Positions 35,647 through 50,801 of a stretch of DNA of 64,000 bases are shown here, piece by piece. The stretch spans positions 99,324,001 to 99,388,000 of the forward strand of contig NC_042998.1 of assembly GCF_006345805.1 (NCBI RefSeq). The letters are read 5' to 3'. The notes under the pieces were generated by a model. The model saw only the letters and a program-made list of their open reading frames with translations, did no database searches and was not told where the DNA came from. The position numbers and the translations under genes are program-made. The DNA comes from Octopus sinensis (taxonomy: Eukaryota). Position 1 is the first letter of the stretch, and each line of letters starts with the position of its first letter.

Positions 35647-38264
35647 GTAGGAACGTAAAATGTTTCTTAACATTTTTTTGTAATTATCATTTCTCCTTCG
35701 TAACCTTATTCGTTCAGTATGTCAGTTTGGTAATGCATTTTGTAAATACTTTTGTTTTGTTTGTTAGGTTAGTTGCTTGCTTTTAGCCTTTTCAAATTTG
35801 TTTGTTTATTTAATTGGATTTGGAACGAAGGAAAATATGGCCTCTTGGAGTAATAATAAATAATAATAACGATAACAACAACAATATATTTGTCGAATTT
35901 TGTTTCTGATAACAGCAACTTAATGTTCTGAAAAAATATGTGGTAGTTCACTAAACTGAAGAACTAGTTAGTGTCACGTCTGTTTCATATATTGATCTAA
36001 TTTGTCCTCCTCTTACACAAGTTGATCGACAGGCAGCATTTGCCTAATTTAGTCTGGGACACGGAAGGAGAGAGAGGGAGACAGTGTATTAAGTTCAATT
36101 GGCGAGACAGGGGTAGAAATGGCTGCTGTTTGGCCATGGTGCCCGAATACCCAAAATGACAATATTTCTAAAACTTTTTATACGTTGGCTTCGTTCTGCC
36201 AACGAATGCAGTGGTTGACACAACATTGTAGCTTTGTTATTGATTCCCCCGAGGAGAAGAGATTGCCAACAGTTGCTATTATTTAATAATATATAGATTT
36301 TCGGGAAGAGAGGCGATATGAGAAAAGAACAGTATATTTAATTTTTGCATCGAACTTTGTACATAGATATGAATGCATTCATGCAGGTCTTTGTATATTT
36401 ATATATTACATGCACAGATGCAGGAGACATCATTACATTGATAGGAGAGATAATTCTTTGAAACTACAATAATGTATCTATGTCTAACACAAACACACGT
36501 ACACACTCGCGCGCCCGTATGCATATGTGTGTGTTTACATATATATATAATATATATATGGGTGTGTACATAAGCTATTCGTAGTGTACGTGGGTTAATT
36601 TGACAAAAGGCCTTTAGTCTAACTTATCAGTGCACAGTAATTAGAAACGGGTTAAGATTTGTAGTTGATAATTCTCTGATATTCAAATGTAGCTTTTACA
36701 TGTTATCTAAACCAAACATTCGTATGGTTACGATCCAACTTGTTACAGAATCAAAAACAAGAATTGTTTTATAGACAATATCTTTAAATTTGTTTTTTTC
36801 CTGTGTAATTGAATATTTGTTCGAATTCATTCAACATTTTCTGTATTTTGTATTCTCTTTTTTATTTTATTTTGATATTTCATATAAAACAATTTGCCGT
36901 AATTCAATGTAAGTTTATCTGAAGTGTCATATCTCATTTTCGCACAGTCCAATTTCAAACAGAATGTTGATACATTTGGGGAAAGAAATTATTCCAATGT
37001 CATCTGATATTTTGAAAACACACACACACACTTTTATTAAACATTGTTTTCCACTGGGGTCATTCACTCTTCGAAGATTAGCATTGTCAGCTTGCGTGCA
37101 TTATTTCGATTTTTCATTTCTTTTGGTAACTACTGGCAATTTTCATGTTACGCGACATCCTTATACAGCAGCAGAACTAATTAAGGAAAAACCCGTATAT
37201 TATCCTCCATAAACAAACAACAGACTTATGCTTGTCCACTTCTCCCTGAGCCCTATCACTCAATGGGGTTTAGTGCTTGTTGAATCAAACTTCTCTTGCG
37301 TTGCATTATAAGGCACAAAAACCTTTTATAGACCAGTTAACAATTTCTGACATTCTTTTACATCTTGGATCACTCATCTTTAAGGATCCAAAAATAGTTT
37401 TGTTTTTTGCTTGTTTTTCTCTCACCCATTTGTATAGGTTTAAAAGTTAATGAATAGACCATTTTGGCATATGAATTATCAATGCTATCCATTATACTAA
37501 TGGCCATTGTTTCAGTTTCATGGTATTTAGCTCTCTTATTATTCCGAAATATCGAACTGATGTCCTCTTTTATCTTGATTTTATCATTTTAATGACGACT
37601 AAAAACAAAAACAAAAAAAACAAAGAAAATATCAGTCAAATATCAAACTTAGTCAAGAATGTCAATTTTTGAAAAAATATGTTACACTCCTCCAAACATA
37701 CTTCTCTCTTTTTCTCCCTCTCTCTCCTTCTCTCACACACACGATGAGAGAGAAAGAGAGGAGTTTGTGTGGGTTTTCTGGCACATAAATGAAATTAGGC
37801 ATCAAATCTGAAATACACCGTTCTTTCTCATGGCCAAATTACCTTTTTTCTTCTTTTTATCTTTTGTCTTGTTACAACTGTCAAACAGTGTCAACGTGTT
37901 GCTAATGATACAAACTTTAATCTGTCTCCTTCAAAACGAAATTAGTCTACAGCTGCCTATCTACCATGTTCCTCATTATAATGTAGTCACTCCAAAACAT
38001 TTGTTCCTGAGACATTGTGTCAAATTCGTCTTATATCAATACTCAGCCATCCTCCTCCCTACAGATTTATTGATTATTCTCTATTTCTTTCAACCTTAAA
38101 AGTAAAGTGCAATACTTACAGCTTTTCATTCTCATAGAACATCATCAATTTAAATTTGAATTTCTTAGCTGGCATTTACTTGTCTGAACAAGTCCATATT
38201 AATTTAGAATACTACAATCTATCCGACCTTGAAGACATAATTTTTCTCTGTCTGTCTCCTCTTC

Positions 38265-38315
<51 letters not shown>

Positions 38316-39466
38316 GAAAAGATCCTATATATATAATTTGTGTCTTCCTTGTCTCTATATGTCCAGTATATTAATTGCTTTATTCTGTTCTATCAATTAT
38401 ACAAAATTTCTAAACATTTGAAATATATAAATTAATATTGTAATTTATCCTAAATATTATGGTACATGAGAGAATATATGCACCTTTAGAAGCATGGTTT
38501 TTCATTAGCAAACTCTCAGCTTTACTTAATATATATATGCACTAAGTTTCATAGATAATAAATTGATATTGAATCAGTTAGAATATTCATGTAATCTAAC
38601 ATTTTTAAAGAATACTTATTAAAGAAGCAACTATATATATATATATATATATAATATCATTTTGGATTCATTTTCAGAAAAATATTTATAAAATCTTTTA
38701 GATCATCATGAATGTCTGAGTTGTAAATGTTAGCTTTATATCTCTTGTTACACATTTGAAATAAAAACAAATTCCTCAATCATCTCCTTAATTGGCTCTC
38801 TTCAATATGTTGTTTGAACTAATACACATGAAAAATAAATGAATATTTTAGAATGTGATTGTTGGAACAAAGAATTCATAATTTTTTGGGGAAATATACT
38901 ATGGTTTTAGATATACTTTCTAGTTTGCTCAATATTTATGTTTAACAACTTGATATATTACTAGCTGTGGAAACGTCAAGAGGCTTTAAGTTTCAGATTT
39001 ATTAGTAATAATAGCATCATTGGTTTCTTAGTTAGGCAAACAGCCAAGTTTTATATGAGAAGGTTACATAGTTGAATTGAATCAGTGTAGTTCAGGTACT
39101 TGTCTTATTGACCCAAGAGAGATAAAAGGTAAAATTGTTTTTGACAGGGCTGTAGTCCTGTTTGTGGAGGGATAAAACTAATTACCTTAAAGTTTTTGCC
39201 TTAACAGCAAGAATGTCACCTTGATAATACTAATAATAATAATAATAATAATCCTGTCTAGGTAGAAGGCCTGAAATTTTGGGGAAGGGGGCTAGTCAAT
39301 TGCATTTTGTCCCAAGTACTCAACAGGTACTCAGTTCATTGATCTGAAAAGGATGAAGGATAGAGTTTTGACCTCAGAGGAATTTGAACCCAGAATGTAG
39401 AGATAGATGCATTACTGCTAAACATTTTGTTCTGCATGCTAATGATTCTGCCCACTCACTGCTTTA

Positions 39467-39501
<35 letters not shown>

Positions 39502-41285
39502 ATTGATTTCTTACCTTGGTAAAATAATGCAGGCTTTTTTGGGGAAGGGTGTGGTACATTTGGATGTAATCAATTGAATTGACATAAGAGGAATAATTGG
39601 AAAAGCTGACCTTTGCAGAATTTGAACTCAGCTAATGCGGTATCCGTTTTGCTAACTTGTTGACTTGATAACATTAACATTGCTATCATGTTAACTTTTT
39701 AGGTAATTTTGATTGTAGGCCATTCCTCCAGTTTGTGCAGCTCTTTAACAGACTTTGCTGTTACCAAGAACATCCAGTTATTGCCTTGAGATTAATGTTC
39801 GTTTAGGCGTGGTTTCATGGCATTACTTAAAAGAGAAATATATCACATCCTTAATAGGATTCTAGGGGACATTAACAGAAGATCTGGCTCCTATTCTTGA
39901 CAGTTAGCAATGACATGCTAGAAATAGCAGCCAAATCTGCTCCAAATTAACCCTTACTACCTTAAAAAAAAAATCAACATTTTTATTCTTTTCATAATCA
40001 ATTTAGCAGAACAAATGAATTTGTTTGCATTTATTTGGAATATGAAATCTAATAAGTAAAACTATGACATCAAATGGAGAATAACCTTTCCAATAGGCTA
40101 TGTATGCCTTGTATTTTTGAATGTTATGAAATATTTTCCCCCCTTCTTAATCACCATTCAGTGTTGGTGTCTTGTGTGCATAAACAATTTAAATGCTCAA
40201 ATATTTTAAACCGTTTATCTGAGAAAATAGTAGAAAATAATCAATGAGTGAATTTTCCCTTCCAATTGATCTCTGCTCAAATATTTCACCAATGTGAAAG
40301 TTTTAATAACAGGAAGACCACATGCTAGCCCATTGATTTCTTTCAGTTCACTCGTTTTCTTTTAAGATTTTAAATTTGCCTTTTACTCTGTTCCCTTTGC
40401 ATATTTCTCCCATACTTCCATTTTCCCTTAACTGCTAACTAACATATATGCAATATTTTACAAATACTTCTTCATTCCAATCTGATGTTTCAAAAGATGA
40501 AACTTCTGTAAATTGTAATCATCAACTAACATATATAAAACAGGAAAGTAGAAAATTTTTGGCATTATTTAATCTCCATTACACATGTTTCTTTTGCAAA
40601 TAAGAATTACAAAGATTTACATATTAGATAGACATATAAAGAATTTCATATTAGAAAATCGTCAGAATAATTTTATGTATTCTTCATTAGTTGGAATAAG
40701 AATATCTTTTTATACTTTTTACCACTTACAAATGTTAACCTCTAAAATCGAAAAAATACATTTGGATTTTTCTCTAAAGGATAATTCTTTTCCATCTAAC
40801 ATCCACTTTCCATGCTGGCATGAATTGGATGGTTTGACTGAGAACTGGCAAACTGGGAGGCCACACCAGACTATATAAAATGATTCTGTCCAAAGATTTT
40901 CTTATAGCAAATTCTTTACATGTCTATCTAACATAATTCATTTTCTAATAGGAATTACAAAGATTTACATGTTAGATAGACATGTAAGGAATTTCCTATT
41001 AGAATATCTTCGGACAGAAGAATTTTATATAATTATCTTTAGATGGAAAAGAATATCCTTTAGAGGAACATCCAAATGGAGAATAAATAATATCCTGTTT
41101 TGTTATACAATAAGTCTGCAAATAATATTTCCAAAATTCTCAATTTTAGTATGTATTTTGACTAACATACAGCAGTTACCATAGATACATACTGGTTGTA
41201 ATAAAGGAATAAACATATGTGCTTCAAAAGGAAACAGCTGGGATGTGCCCTAACTACCTATAGAACTAACATATTTATGTATTCG

Positions 41286-41329
<44 letters not shown>

Positions 41330-41663
41330 TACATATACACACACACACAAACACACATATACATACACATACATATGAGTGTATTTGTGTTTATGTGTGT
41401 GAATTTTTTTTTACTTGACATACTGCTGTGAAAAGCCTTCATTTCTCAAATATATTTGAACTAGTTATGTGTGTGTGTGTGTGTGTATACACACTCACAC
41501 AAGGCGTAGAAGTGGCTGTGTGGTAAGTAGCTTGCTTACCAACCACATGGTTCCGGGTTCAGTCCCACTGCGTAGCACCTTGGACAAGTGTCTTCTACTA
41601 TAGCCTCAGGCCAACCAAAGCCTTGTGAGTGAATTTGATAGATGGAAACTGAAAGAAGCCCAT

Positions 41664-41710
<47 letters not shown>

Positions 41711-44700
41711 TATATATATGTGTGTGTATGTATGTATGTGTGTGTATATGTTTGTGTCTGTGTGTCCCCAACATCACTTGACAACCAGTGTTGGTATGTT
41801 TACATCCCCGTAATTTAGCGGTTCAGCAAAAGAGACCAATAGAATAAGTATTAGGCTTACAAAGAATAAGTCCTGGGGTCAATTTGCTCGACTAAAGGCA
41901 GTTCTCCAGCATGGCCACAGTCAAATGAGTGAAACAAGTAAAAGAGATATATATATATAATCATTATTTAATATCTACTTTCCATACTGGTATGGATGAG
42001 TATGGTTTGACAGGTTTGACTGGTATGGTTTGACAGGTGAGCCAGTGGACTGCACCAAACTCCACTGTCTGCTTTAGTATGATTTTTATGGCTGGTTGCC
42101 CTTCCAAATGCCAACCACTTTACAGTGTATACTGGGTGCTTTTCCCATGGCATTGACACAAGTGAAGGCACCAAGTAACTCACAGAACAAAAACTTCTCT
42201 ATGTTCGTGTGTGTGTGCCGCCTGACTGGCACCCATGTCGGTGGTACGTAAAAAGCACCATTTAAGTGTGGCCAATTCCAGTGCTGGTGGCACATAAAAA
42301 GCACCATTCAAGCGTGGTCATTGCTAATCCCGCCTGACTGGCTCCCATGCCAGTAGCATGTAAAAAGCACCATTCCAGCGTGGTCGATGCCAGTACCGCT
42401 TGACTAGCCCTCGTGCTGGTGGCACGTAAAAGGCACCCACTACACTCTCGGAGTGGTTGGCATTAGGAAGGGCATCCAGCTGTAGAAACTTTGCCAGATC
42501 AGATTGGAGCCTGGTACAGCCTCCTGGCTTGCCAGCCCTCAGTCAAACCATTCAACCCATGCCAGCATGGGAAGCGAACATTGAATGATAATGATGATAT
42601 ATACATATGCCACTCTTGTCTATTTAATATATTATTGTCTGTCTATTGTACTGTCTTCTAGTTTGTACTTACTCAGGGAATGAGAGGAAATTTTAGATCT
42701 GTCCATGCTCAATATTCACCTACCACTTATCTATATCTTTCTTCTCCTCTCTCTCTTCTATCACAATGCTTGAGTTATGAAGGATTGCATTAAATCAATT
42801 CCTTTCCTTCATCTCACTTTGTTTATTGACATTCGTCATTCTCTTGCCGTCATTGTCTTGACTATTTATTACTCATTCTCTCTCTTATTAGCTCACCATC
42901 TGCAGGTTATTGTTATCAATATCAATCACACTCTATTGCCACCAACCGTTTCTGCACCACATAAAGAAACACTGGTGATGGTACCATGTAAAAAGCACCA
43001 TGTAAAAAGCACTGGTGATGGTACTACATAAAAAAGCACTAGTGCTGGTGCCATGTAAAAAGCACTGGTGCTGGTGCCACATAAAAAGCACCCAGTACAA
43101 TCTGTATAGTGGTTGGCATTAGGAAGGGCATCCAGCTATAGAAACTGCCAAGACAGACAATGGAATTTGGTGCGCTTCCTGGCCTTGTCAGTTCCTGTCA
43201 AACTGTCCAACCTATGGTAAACAAACTTTGATGATGATGATGTTCATCATTCATTCTCTTATATAGAATATATAGCTGTAAGAGTGTTTCTTTGTAATTA
43301 CTGTTTCTCTCTTATTACACTTTGCCATTTCTCTCTCTCTCTCTCTCACACTCTCTTTTTACCTTCTAGCTCTGTCTCTCCTAAATTTCCCTCCTCTACC
43401 ACACTGTTACCCTAATCACTTTGTTTTCTCCCACCATATTCTCACTTCTTTCTCTCTCTCTCTCCAGATCATCTCCTGCAAATACCTTCTCTTCTATTCA
43501 CTCTCTTGGTTACATTTCCCTAGTTGAATGGAGACAATATAAAAGAGTAAGAACTCTTTTATCTTGTAGAGTACAAGGGAGGTGTTGGTTGGTGTTAAGT
43601 AGTTGGTGAATGAGTAAAAACAATGTAAGGTCAAGCAGATCATTGAGGCTTGTCTTTTTGAGAACATGGCAGCATCTCTAGTGCTGGTGCCATTATAATA
43701 TTCACATAGTACACTCTCTATAGTGACTGATGTTAGGATGGGTAGCCAGCTGAAGAAACTATGCCAAAAATAGAATGTATGTGTAAGGTGTGGTCTCTTG
43801 ACCTATCTAGATGGACAGTAACAATGCATAAGGCTGGGATAACTTGTCCAACCAATATTAGCTTGTGAAGTGGGTGTAAAATGATGTTGATGATGATGAT
43901 TATCATTTTTACGTCCATTTTTTCCATTCTGGCATTGGTTTTGCACATACACACAGACGCACACACACTCACACACTTGCATGCACGTGCATATCTAACC
44001 CATGTCTAATGTGTATGCATGTATGTATGCATGTGTTTGTTTATCTTTACAATGGTCTCAAACCAGTACTGTTTCTGTGATATCCTCTTATATCTCCTAA
44101 TGCAACAGTTAAAATAAGTAGCAAACTGTATGATCAAATAACTTCTTGAAGGCCAGGCTACAACATGACCACAACCTAATGACTGAAAGCAATGAAAGAA
44201 CATTTTTGACTAAGAACATTTTTCATGCTTTGCTCTGCAACAATTATGGAGTTATAACTTCTGTAAAGAACATGCAAATTTAACAAATGAATGATTATAA
44301 TTTTGACCTAATTCAGTTTCACTCAGCTTCAGAGTGGTTAAAACCACAACTGTTCTCTGTCAAGCTGTTAATATATATTTACATTACATTTGTATATTAC
44401 TACCTTCTTTGTTAATATATCAGTTAATATTCAGAATAAATCAACTGATGATATATAGTTGGCAGTTAATGTACAAGGAAAATTACATATGAATTTATTT
44501 ATTATGATTTTCTCAGTTATCAGTTTCATGTATTGTAATTCTCACGCTCACTTAATAAGTTTTCTCTTGGACAAGCACATATATGTTACGAGTTATTGTT
44601 ACCATTGCAACTATATAATCAGTTGACAAATGTTTTTTCTTTACCAAATTTATACATTCAAATTATCATCCCCATCTTTTACCATCTGTCTTCCTTGCTG

Positions 44701-45904
44701 GCATAGGTTGGCTGGTTCAACAGAATCCATTATGATGTAGGAACATGTGCTCCAATGTCTGCTTTGACATGGTTTCTATGACTATTGCTTTTAATGCCGA
44801 AAACTTTACAGAATATATTTAGCCTTTTTTTTCTGGTACCAATGCTACTATGTAGCTCACAAGACTAACATCCCCTTCGACTGGGTGGGATTTGGTAGAG
44901 AGGGAGGTGGATTTATGCTAGGTGATGTTAAAGTATGAAAGAAAGGACTGGAGCAAACTTTTTGTTGTAGAGGAGATTCTTGGCTACTCTCATTATACAA
45001 GAATGGGTGTGAGTAATCAAGGTGAAACAAAAAAGAGAAATAAAGATGGTGTGTACAAGGTGTTGGAGTGAACCTTTGAGGTGAAAGATGGTTAGAGATG
45101 AGGTAGAAGCAGGTGGTGATTATAATAAATGATGAACAAAGGCGGAAGGGTAGTTGATGATATATATATATATGAGTTAGAGGAAGGTAGAGAAGAACAG
45201 GTGATGACTGGTTGGACAGAAAGGGGTGAAGAGTAACAGAATAGTAAGAATGCAGTAGACAGGAAAAGGATGAGGGAAAGAGAGATAATGTGTTGGTGGG
45301 TAGGCTTTTAGAGTTTGAGGGAGAGACAAATGTAGTGTGTGGGTAAAGTGGGAAATGTATGGTGATAGGGTAAGTCGACAGAGAGTGGTTCAAAGAAGAG
45401 ATAATTTGGTAGCCCAGAAAGATCCGTATAAAATGGGATTGGAGAGGGACAATGGTAGGATGTTGAATGAAGTGGTTCCTGGTAGTGAGAAAGAAAACTG
45501 ATATTGAGAAAGAAAACTGATATCACAATGTATTTCTGCTCTTACTGAACTATGCAGCAGAATATAGCAGTTAGGCAAATGATGAAAGGATCAATAACAA
45601 AGAGATGATAGGGAGAAGGCTTGAGGAGAAAACTGGGCAAGGAACCCAGTTTTGCATATACACATTATGCTACAGTTTTGCCAAGATGTGTAATTTATTT
45701 TGAGCACCACATATCACTAATCACTCTGTTTTTTTTTTTTTTTTTGTTATCTTATCTGTGATGTTTAAAGTTCAGAGATCAGACTTCACTACTTTACCCT
45801 GTGTCTTTCTTGTTCTCTCTCTTCCACAAACTCTACCCATATTAAGCTGTCAGCACTTTTATATACAGCTACCCTTATCCACACACATCACACACACACA
45901 TACA

Positions 45905-45996
<92 letters not shown>

Positions 45997-48900
45997 TAGC
46001 TGTCCTTATCCATACACATCACATATATATCCCTTGCACATTACATTTGATTCCACTTATACCCAATTTTCTCTCTCAGCTCATTTGTTCTTTGTTGTTC
46101 ATGCACTCAGATATTGCACATCCAATGGAGCATGCTAGCTTCATTCCTTTCTAGTCTTCTCAAGTCCTCTGCATTCAGGGTCTATATCGCACAATCATGT
46201 AGCATTGCTATTTCTATATAAGCATCATGCAATCTATCTTTCACTCCAAGAGAGAAATCTTTTATTACCAGTTTAAGTAATAGCTTGCTGAACTTTCTCC
46301 ATGTTATCCTTTTTCTAGCAACTACACTTTCAGAACATCCTCTTCCACTATTAATTAAGTTACTTAGGTAAAAGAAGCTATCTCTTACATGTAAGGATAT
46401 TCCCGCAGATTTGAGAAAGTCTGTTTCCTGTGTGTTCTTAGTGCTTAGTGCTCCTGCACATTTGCCACATACAAATTCTACATTCTCTGTTAACCTGCCT
46501 GTGGTGCCTCTGCACCTCTTGTGTGTCCATAGTTTGCATTTGATACACCATATGGAACTTCTACCTTTGAGCAAGCCATTTCCTTGATGGAAGTTCTGTC
46601 TGTTTTCCTACTTATTAAAACTTTGGTCTTTGCTAAGTTAACTTTGAGGCCCTTTGATTCCAAGCTTTGTTTCCACACCAGGAATTTCTCTTGTCTAGTT
46701 CTACTACAGAGTCAGCTATAAGAACAAAGTCATCAACATTTGGCATTTCCCATAGGTAACCAATCTTAAGCTCCTGTGATGAATATGGTGGGGACTATGG
46801 TAAATAGAAAAGGACTGAGAATGAAGCCCTCATGAAATTGTACCTGCACACTAAATTTGTCTAGTACTTACTAAATTTCACAATATTGACAGCACCTCCA
46901 TGCATGGTTTATATGGCTCTCACTGCCATTTGTCTGTCCCTAGCTTCCCCAGTGACCACTTTAGAAGGCTTACTCCAGGTTAACAAATGCTAAATATAGT
47001 CGCTTACTTTTAGCTAAATAGTTTTGTAGGGGCTTCACCAGGAAGAGAGCATCCATAGTACTTTTCCTTGGTACCAAACTAAACCAAACCAAACTGTTTC
47101 TCATCTAGTCTAACTCTGTAATTAATCAGGCTGCAATTTTACCATAACTTTCTTGACCTGGTACATCAATGTGATACTTCTGTAATTTCCTCTTTAGGAC
47201 AAATCCTTTACCCTTATAGCAGTTATGATACAGCTACATCACTCATGGATATGACATCTTCCTCTACAACCTGATTAACTATATGAGTGACTATGCTATA
47301 TCTTATTCCACCAGATATTTTAATCCTTAACTGCTTTATTTGTCATGCTGCTGTCAACTAGAACGCTTGAACTCTTTGTTAGGTCCATATTGGGAAGATC
47401 TTTCTCCCATGCATTTTCCACATTTAATTGCCTTTTTGTTGGAGCACTTTCATTCTTCTTTCTCTTCAGGATCACTGAGTACAAGTATGCCATTATCTAT
47501 TTGTATACACCTCTCAACTACAATGTCTCAATTTTCTCTGATACATTGCTTTACAGTCTGGAATGTGTCATGTTTCTGGTTTTCATGCTGTGGAACATTT
47601 GCAGACCACTTACTTTCTGTTTCTACCTTTGCTATATAAACCTGTCACCTAGCTCGTTAGCGACCTATTATAATTCTCTACTAACTCCATTCTTTCAGTC
47701 TTTCAAAGCATGTTTGTTTGCTTTTATCGCTTTGTCTATCTCACTGTTTTACCACCTCATCACCCTTGTTCTGGTTGAAATTTTGCATCAGTCACAGATC
47801 TGGTCTGTAGCCCTCAGTCAGTTGTCCCATCTCTATCTCTGCTCCTTCTTGACAAATGTTTCAACTAATACTTTTAAAAATTTCTGATTGTTCAATAGAT
47901 CTTTAAACTTCCACATCTTCCTTTTCCAGATTTGTTTGTGTCTCTGAATCCTTCCAGCTCTAAGTCTGAAGTCACTAACTACTCACTTATGTTGATTTGT
48001 GCATTCTTTATCAGGGAAGGACTTTACATTTACAACCATATATCTTGTTTTCTAGAGAGAATGTAGTCAATCTGGCTTGTGTGTCTGATGGATTGAAAGG
48101 TGATCAGGTGACTGACTGGTTTCCTAAAGTTAGTGTTGCAGATTGTCAGGCCATTTGTGTTACTTCAACAGCTTTGTTTCCTCCTCATTTTCAGAATCAA
48201 AGCTATAGTCTACATATTTACCATGGAATCCAGTAGAGTGCTGTCCAACATGCTTGTTAAAATCACCAATCATAATAAAAAACAAAAAAAATAACAATGC
48301 TATTGTCATTCACTTCCAAGGATTCTGCAAAATGTGTTCTTTTGTTCATCTACCAGTTCTGACTGAGAAGCACATGCAGAGAAAAATGTTGCTAGTATAT
48401 TTTCCAAGACTGGTCTAAGCTTCATTATCCTATTGCATTCTCTGATTACTTTGATGACTTTATTTACCCATTTCTCTGCCAGAAGTTTGCCCACTCCTCA
48501 CACCATTATTATTGCTTACTAAGAAGAATTTATATCTTTATTCTTTGTCTGTGAGAAACCTAGCTGAGACTCCTCTCTGTTGTTCCTTTTGAATGTAGCA
48601 CATGACTACATGACTCCATTTTAATATTTCAACAGGTTTATCCAGCCTGCTATTCATTGTGGCTACTCTAAAGTTGTGGGATTGACAAGGAGATTGTGTG
48701 AATAACTGAGAGTTAGCTTTCATCATCTGAAAAGGTTTGCACAAACATTTACCTGCAAGCTGAAGGTTCTTACACATGTCCAGATTATACATGTATTATA
48801 CAATTATGACTCATCAAGTGGTGGTGATAGTGATTGAGCAGTAACGATTCAAATTACATACTCTGTATATAAATTAGCTTATTATTTTGGCAATATTTTG

Positions 48901-49506
48901 GTAGTTTGAAATATTGTCTTATACACTAAATTATGTGGTATTTATGGCAAGTCTCAAAGGTTTTATAAATTATTTTTGTGATCCAGTTTAATCTGTCCAT
49001 TTTATTTGTCTCAGTTATTAAAATATTATCACTGTTTGTATTTGTCAAATCCTAATCCCACCTCTAGGGGATTTGATCAGCTCTAACTTTGTTAAAGGGA
49101 CTACGAACAAATAAGTACAAGAATTATTATTTTACAGTATAACATTTATTGTTTTTACCTTTTTCACATTCTTTTTTAAAACAAAGTTGTGGTTTGTTTG
49201 AGTGATGTTAAAAGAAATTACAAGCTAGGCTCAAAGTAGGTATGGTTTGATATATGGCTAGTTATCTTGTTAACAATTTAATGCTTGTTTATTTTATGGT
49301 GTCCCTGATATTTTGACATTGTTAGAAATAGCATGTCATGGCTTGTAACACTGCAAAACTGATAGAAAGTTGTGAAACACAGGGTAATATAAACATAAGT
49401 CATTTTAATCTATTGATTAAATCTGAGTACTGAAGAACACATTCATACTTGCATTAATATATATATATATATAAAATGCATATATATATATATATATATA
49501 TAATGC

Positions 49507-49539
<33 letters not shown>

Positions 49540-50753
49540 ATGATGCATACATATATGTGCATGCTACATATCATCTTCATCTGTCTTTCATACTGGCATA
49601 GATTGGATGATTTGCTAGGAGCTGGCAAGCCAGAGGACTACACTAAACCCCAATGTCTGTTTTGACATGGTTTTTATGGCAGGATGCCCTTCCTAATGCC
49701 AACTTCTTTACAGAATGGACTAGGTGCTTTTTATGTGGAACCAGTACAGCCAAACATGCATTCATCCTTTCATTTATTCATTTGTTTTAGTAGAGTGATG
49801 CTGGTTGGTTGAGATCTTTTAAAACTTGTTGGGTCCTTTCTACACTGGTGAGATTGGTGCTATTACTGTTCCTCTTGAAGTTTTGTTAGACAACACTTGG
49901 GGAAAATATGAGCAGAGAAGGAATTTAATAGAGCTGATGTTCTGGAAAGATAGGACTGAGTGTAGTGATTAGTGCAGTTTTAGGATTATGGTTGACACAA
50001 CAAGGATGATGAGGAAGGAGAGCAGAATGGTTGGGCCTGAGTGGAGGTGGCACGAGTCAAGCCAGCTGCACAGAACAAAGGCTATTATAGTATTAGTGGA
50101 AAAGGAAGATGGAGGAGACAACTTAGCTGTGGGCTGGAGTCTAGAGTATATCTGTAAGTGACTTCATGCTAATAAATAAGGTGACCTTTTCTGGGTGTGG
50201 TTTAGGATGCCTATGTGTGCAGCAGCAGCATTGTTGCAAATGTGAGAACAATATTCCATTGCAGGCTTCACCTGAGCATTGTATATTGTCAATAATTGTT
50301 GGGAGATGAAGTAACTTCTGACCCTGAAGAGAAGGGTCATTCATTGGGATGAGATCCTAGCTATGCTAAGAATGTACTTTCACTAGGAAGGAGATCCTTG
50401 GTGATTGTGACATTTTCTTCATATTCCATGTGGGAGAAAATAACCTTCAGGGAATTAACAGTCAATATTGTTAGGGATATAGTACATACCAATCTAAACA
50501 GTTAATGCTGATTAATATTGAAAATGTTAATTGATATTTTCTTTGATTGAACAGCCCTATAGCATACAAGTAGTCTGTTGAATGGTTCTATATTTAAGAG
50601 ATGAGGAATTATTTACATTTGACGGATATTTGTCCTCATCTTGTTTGTTGTTAACACAATGTTTCGACTGGTATACCCTCCAGCCTTCATCAGGTATCTT
50701 GGGGAAATTTTGAACCTGGGTTCTCATTCCTAAGATACTTTGCGATGTTGTTG

Positions 50754-50801
<48 letters not shown>

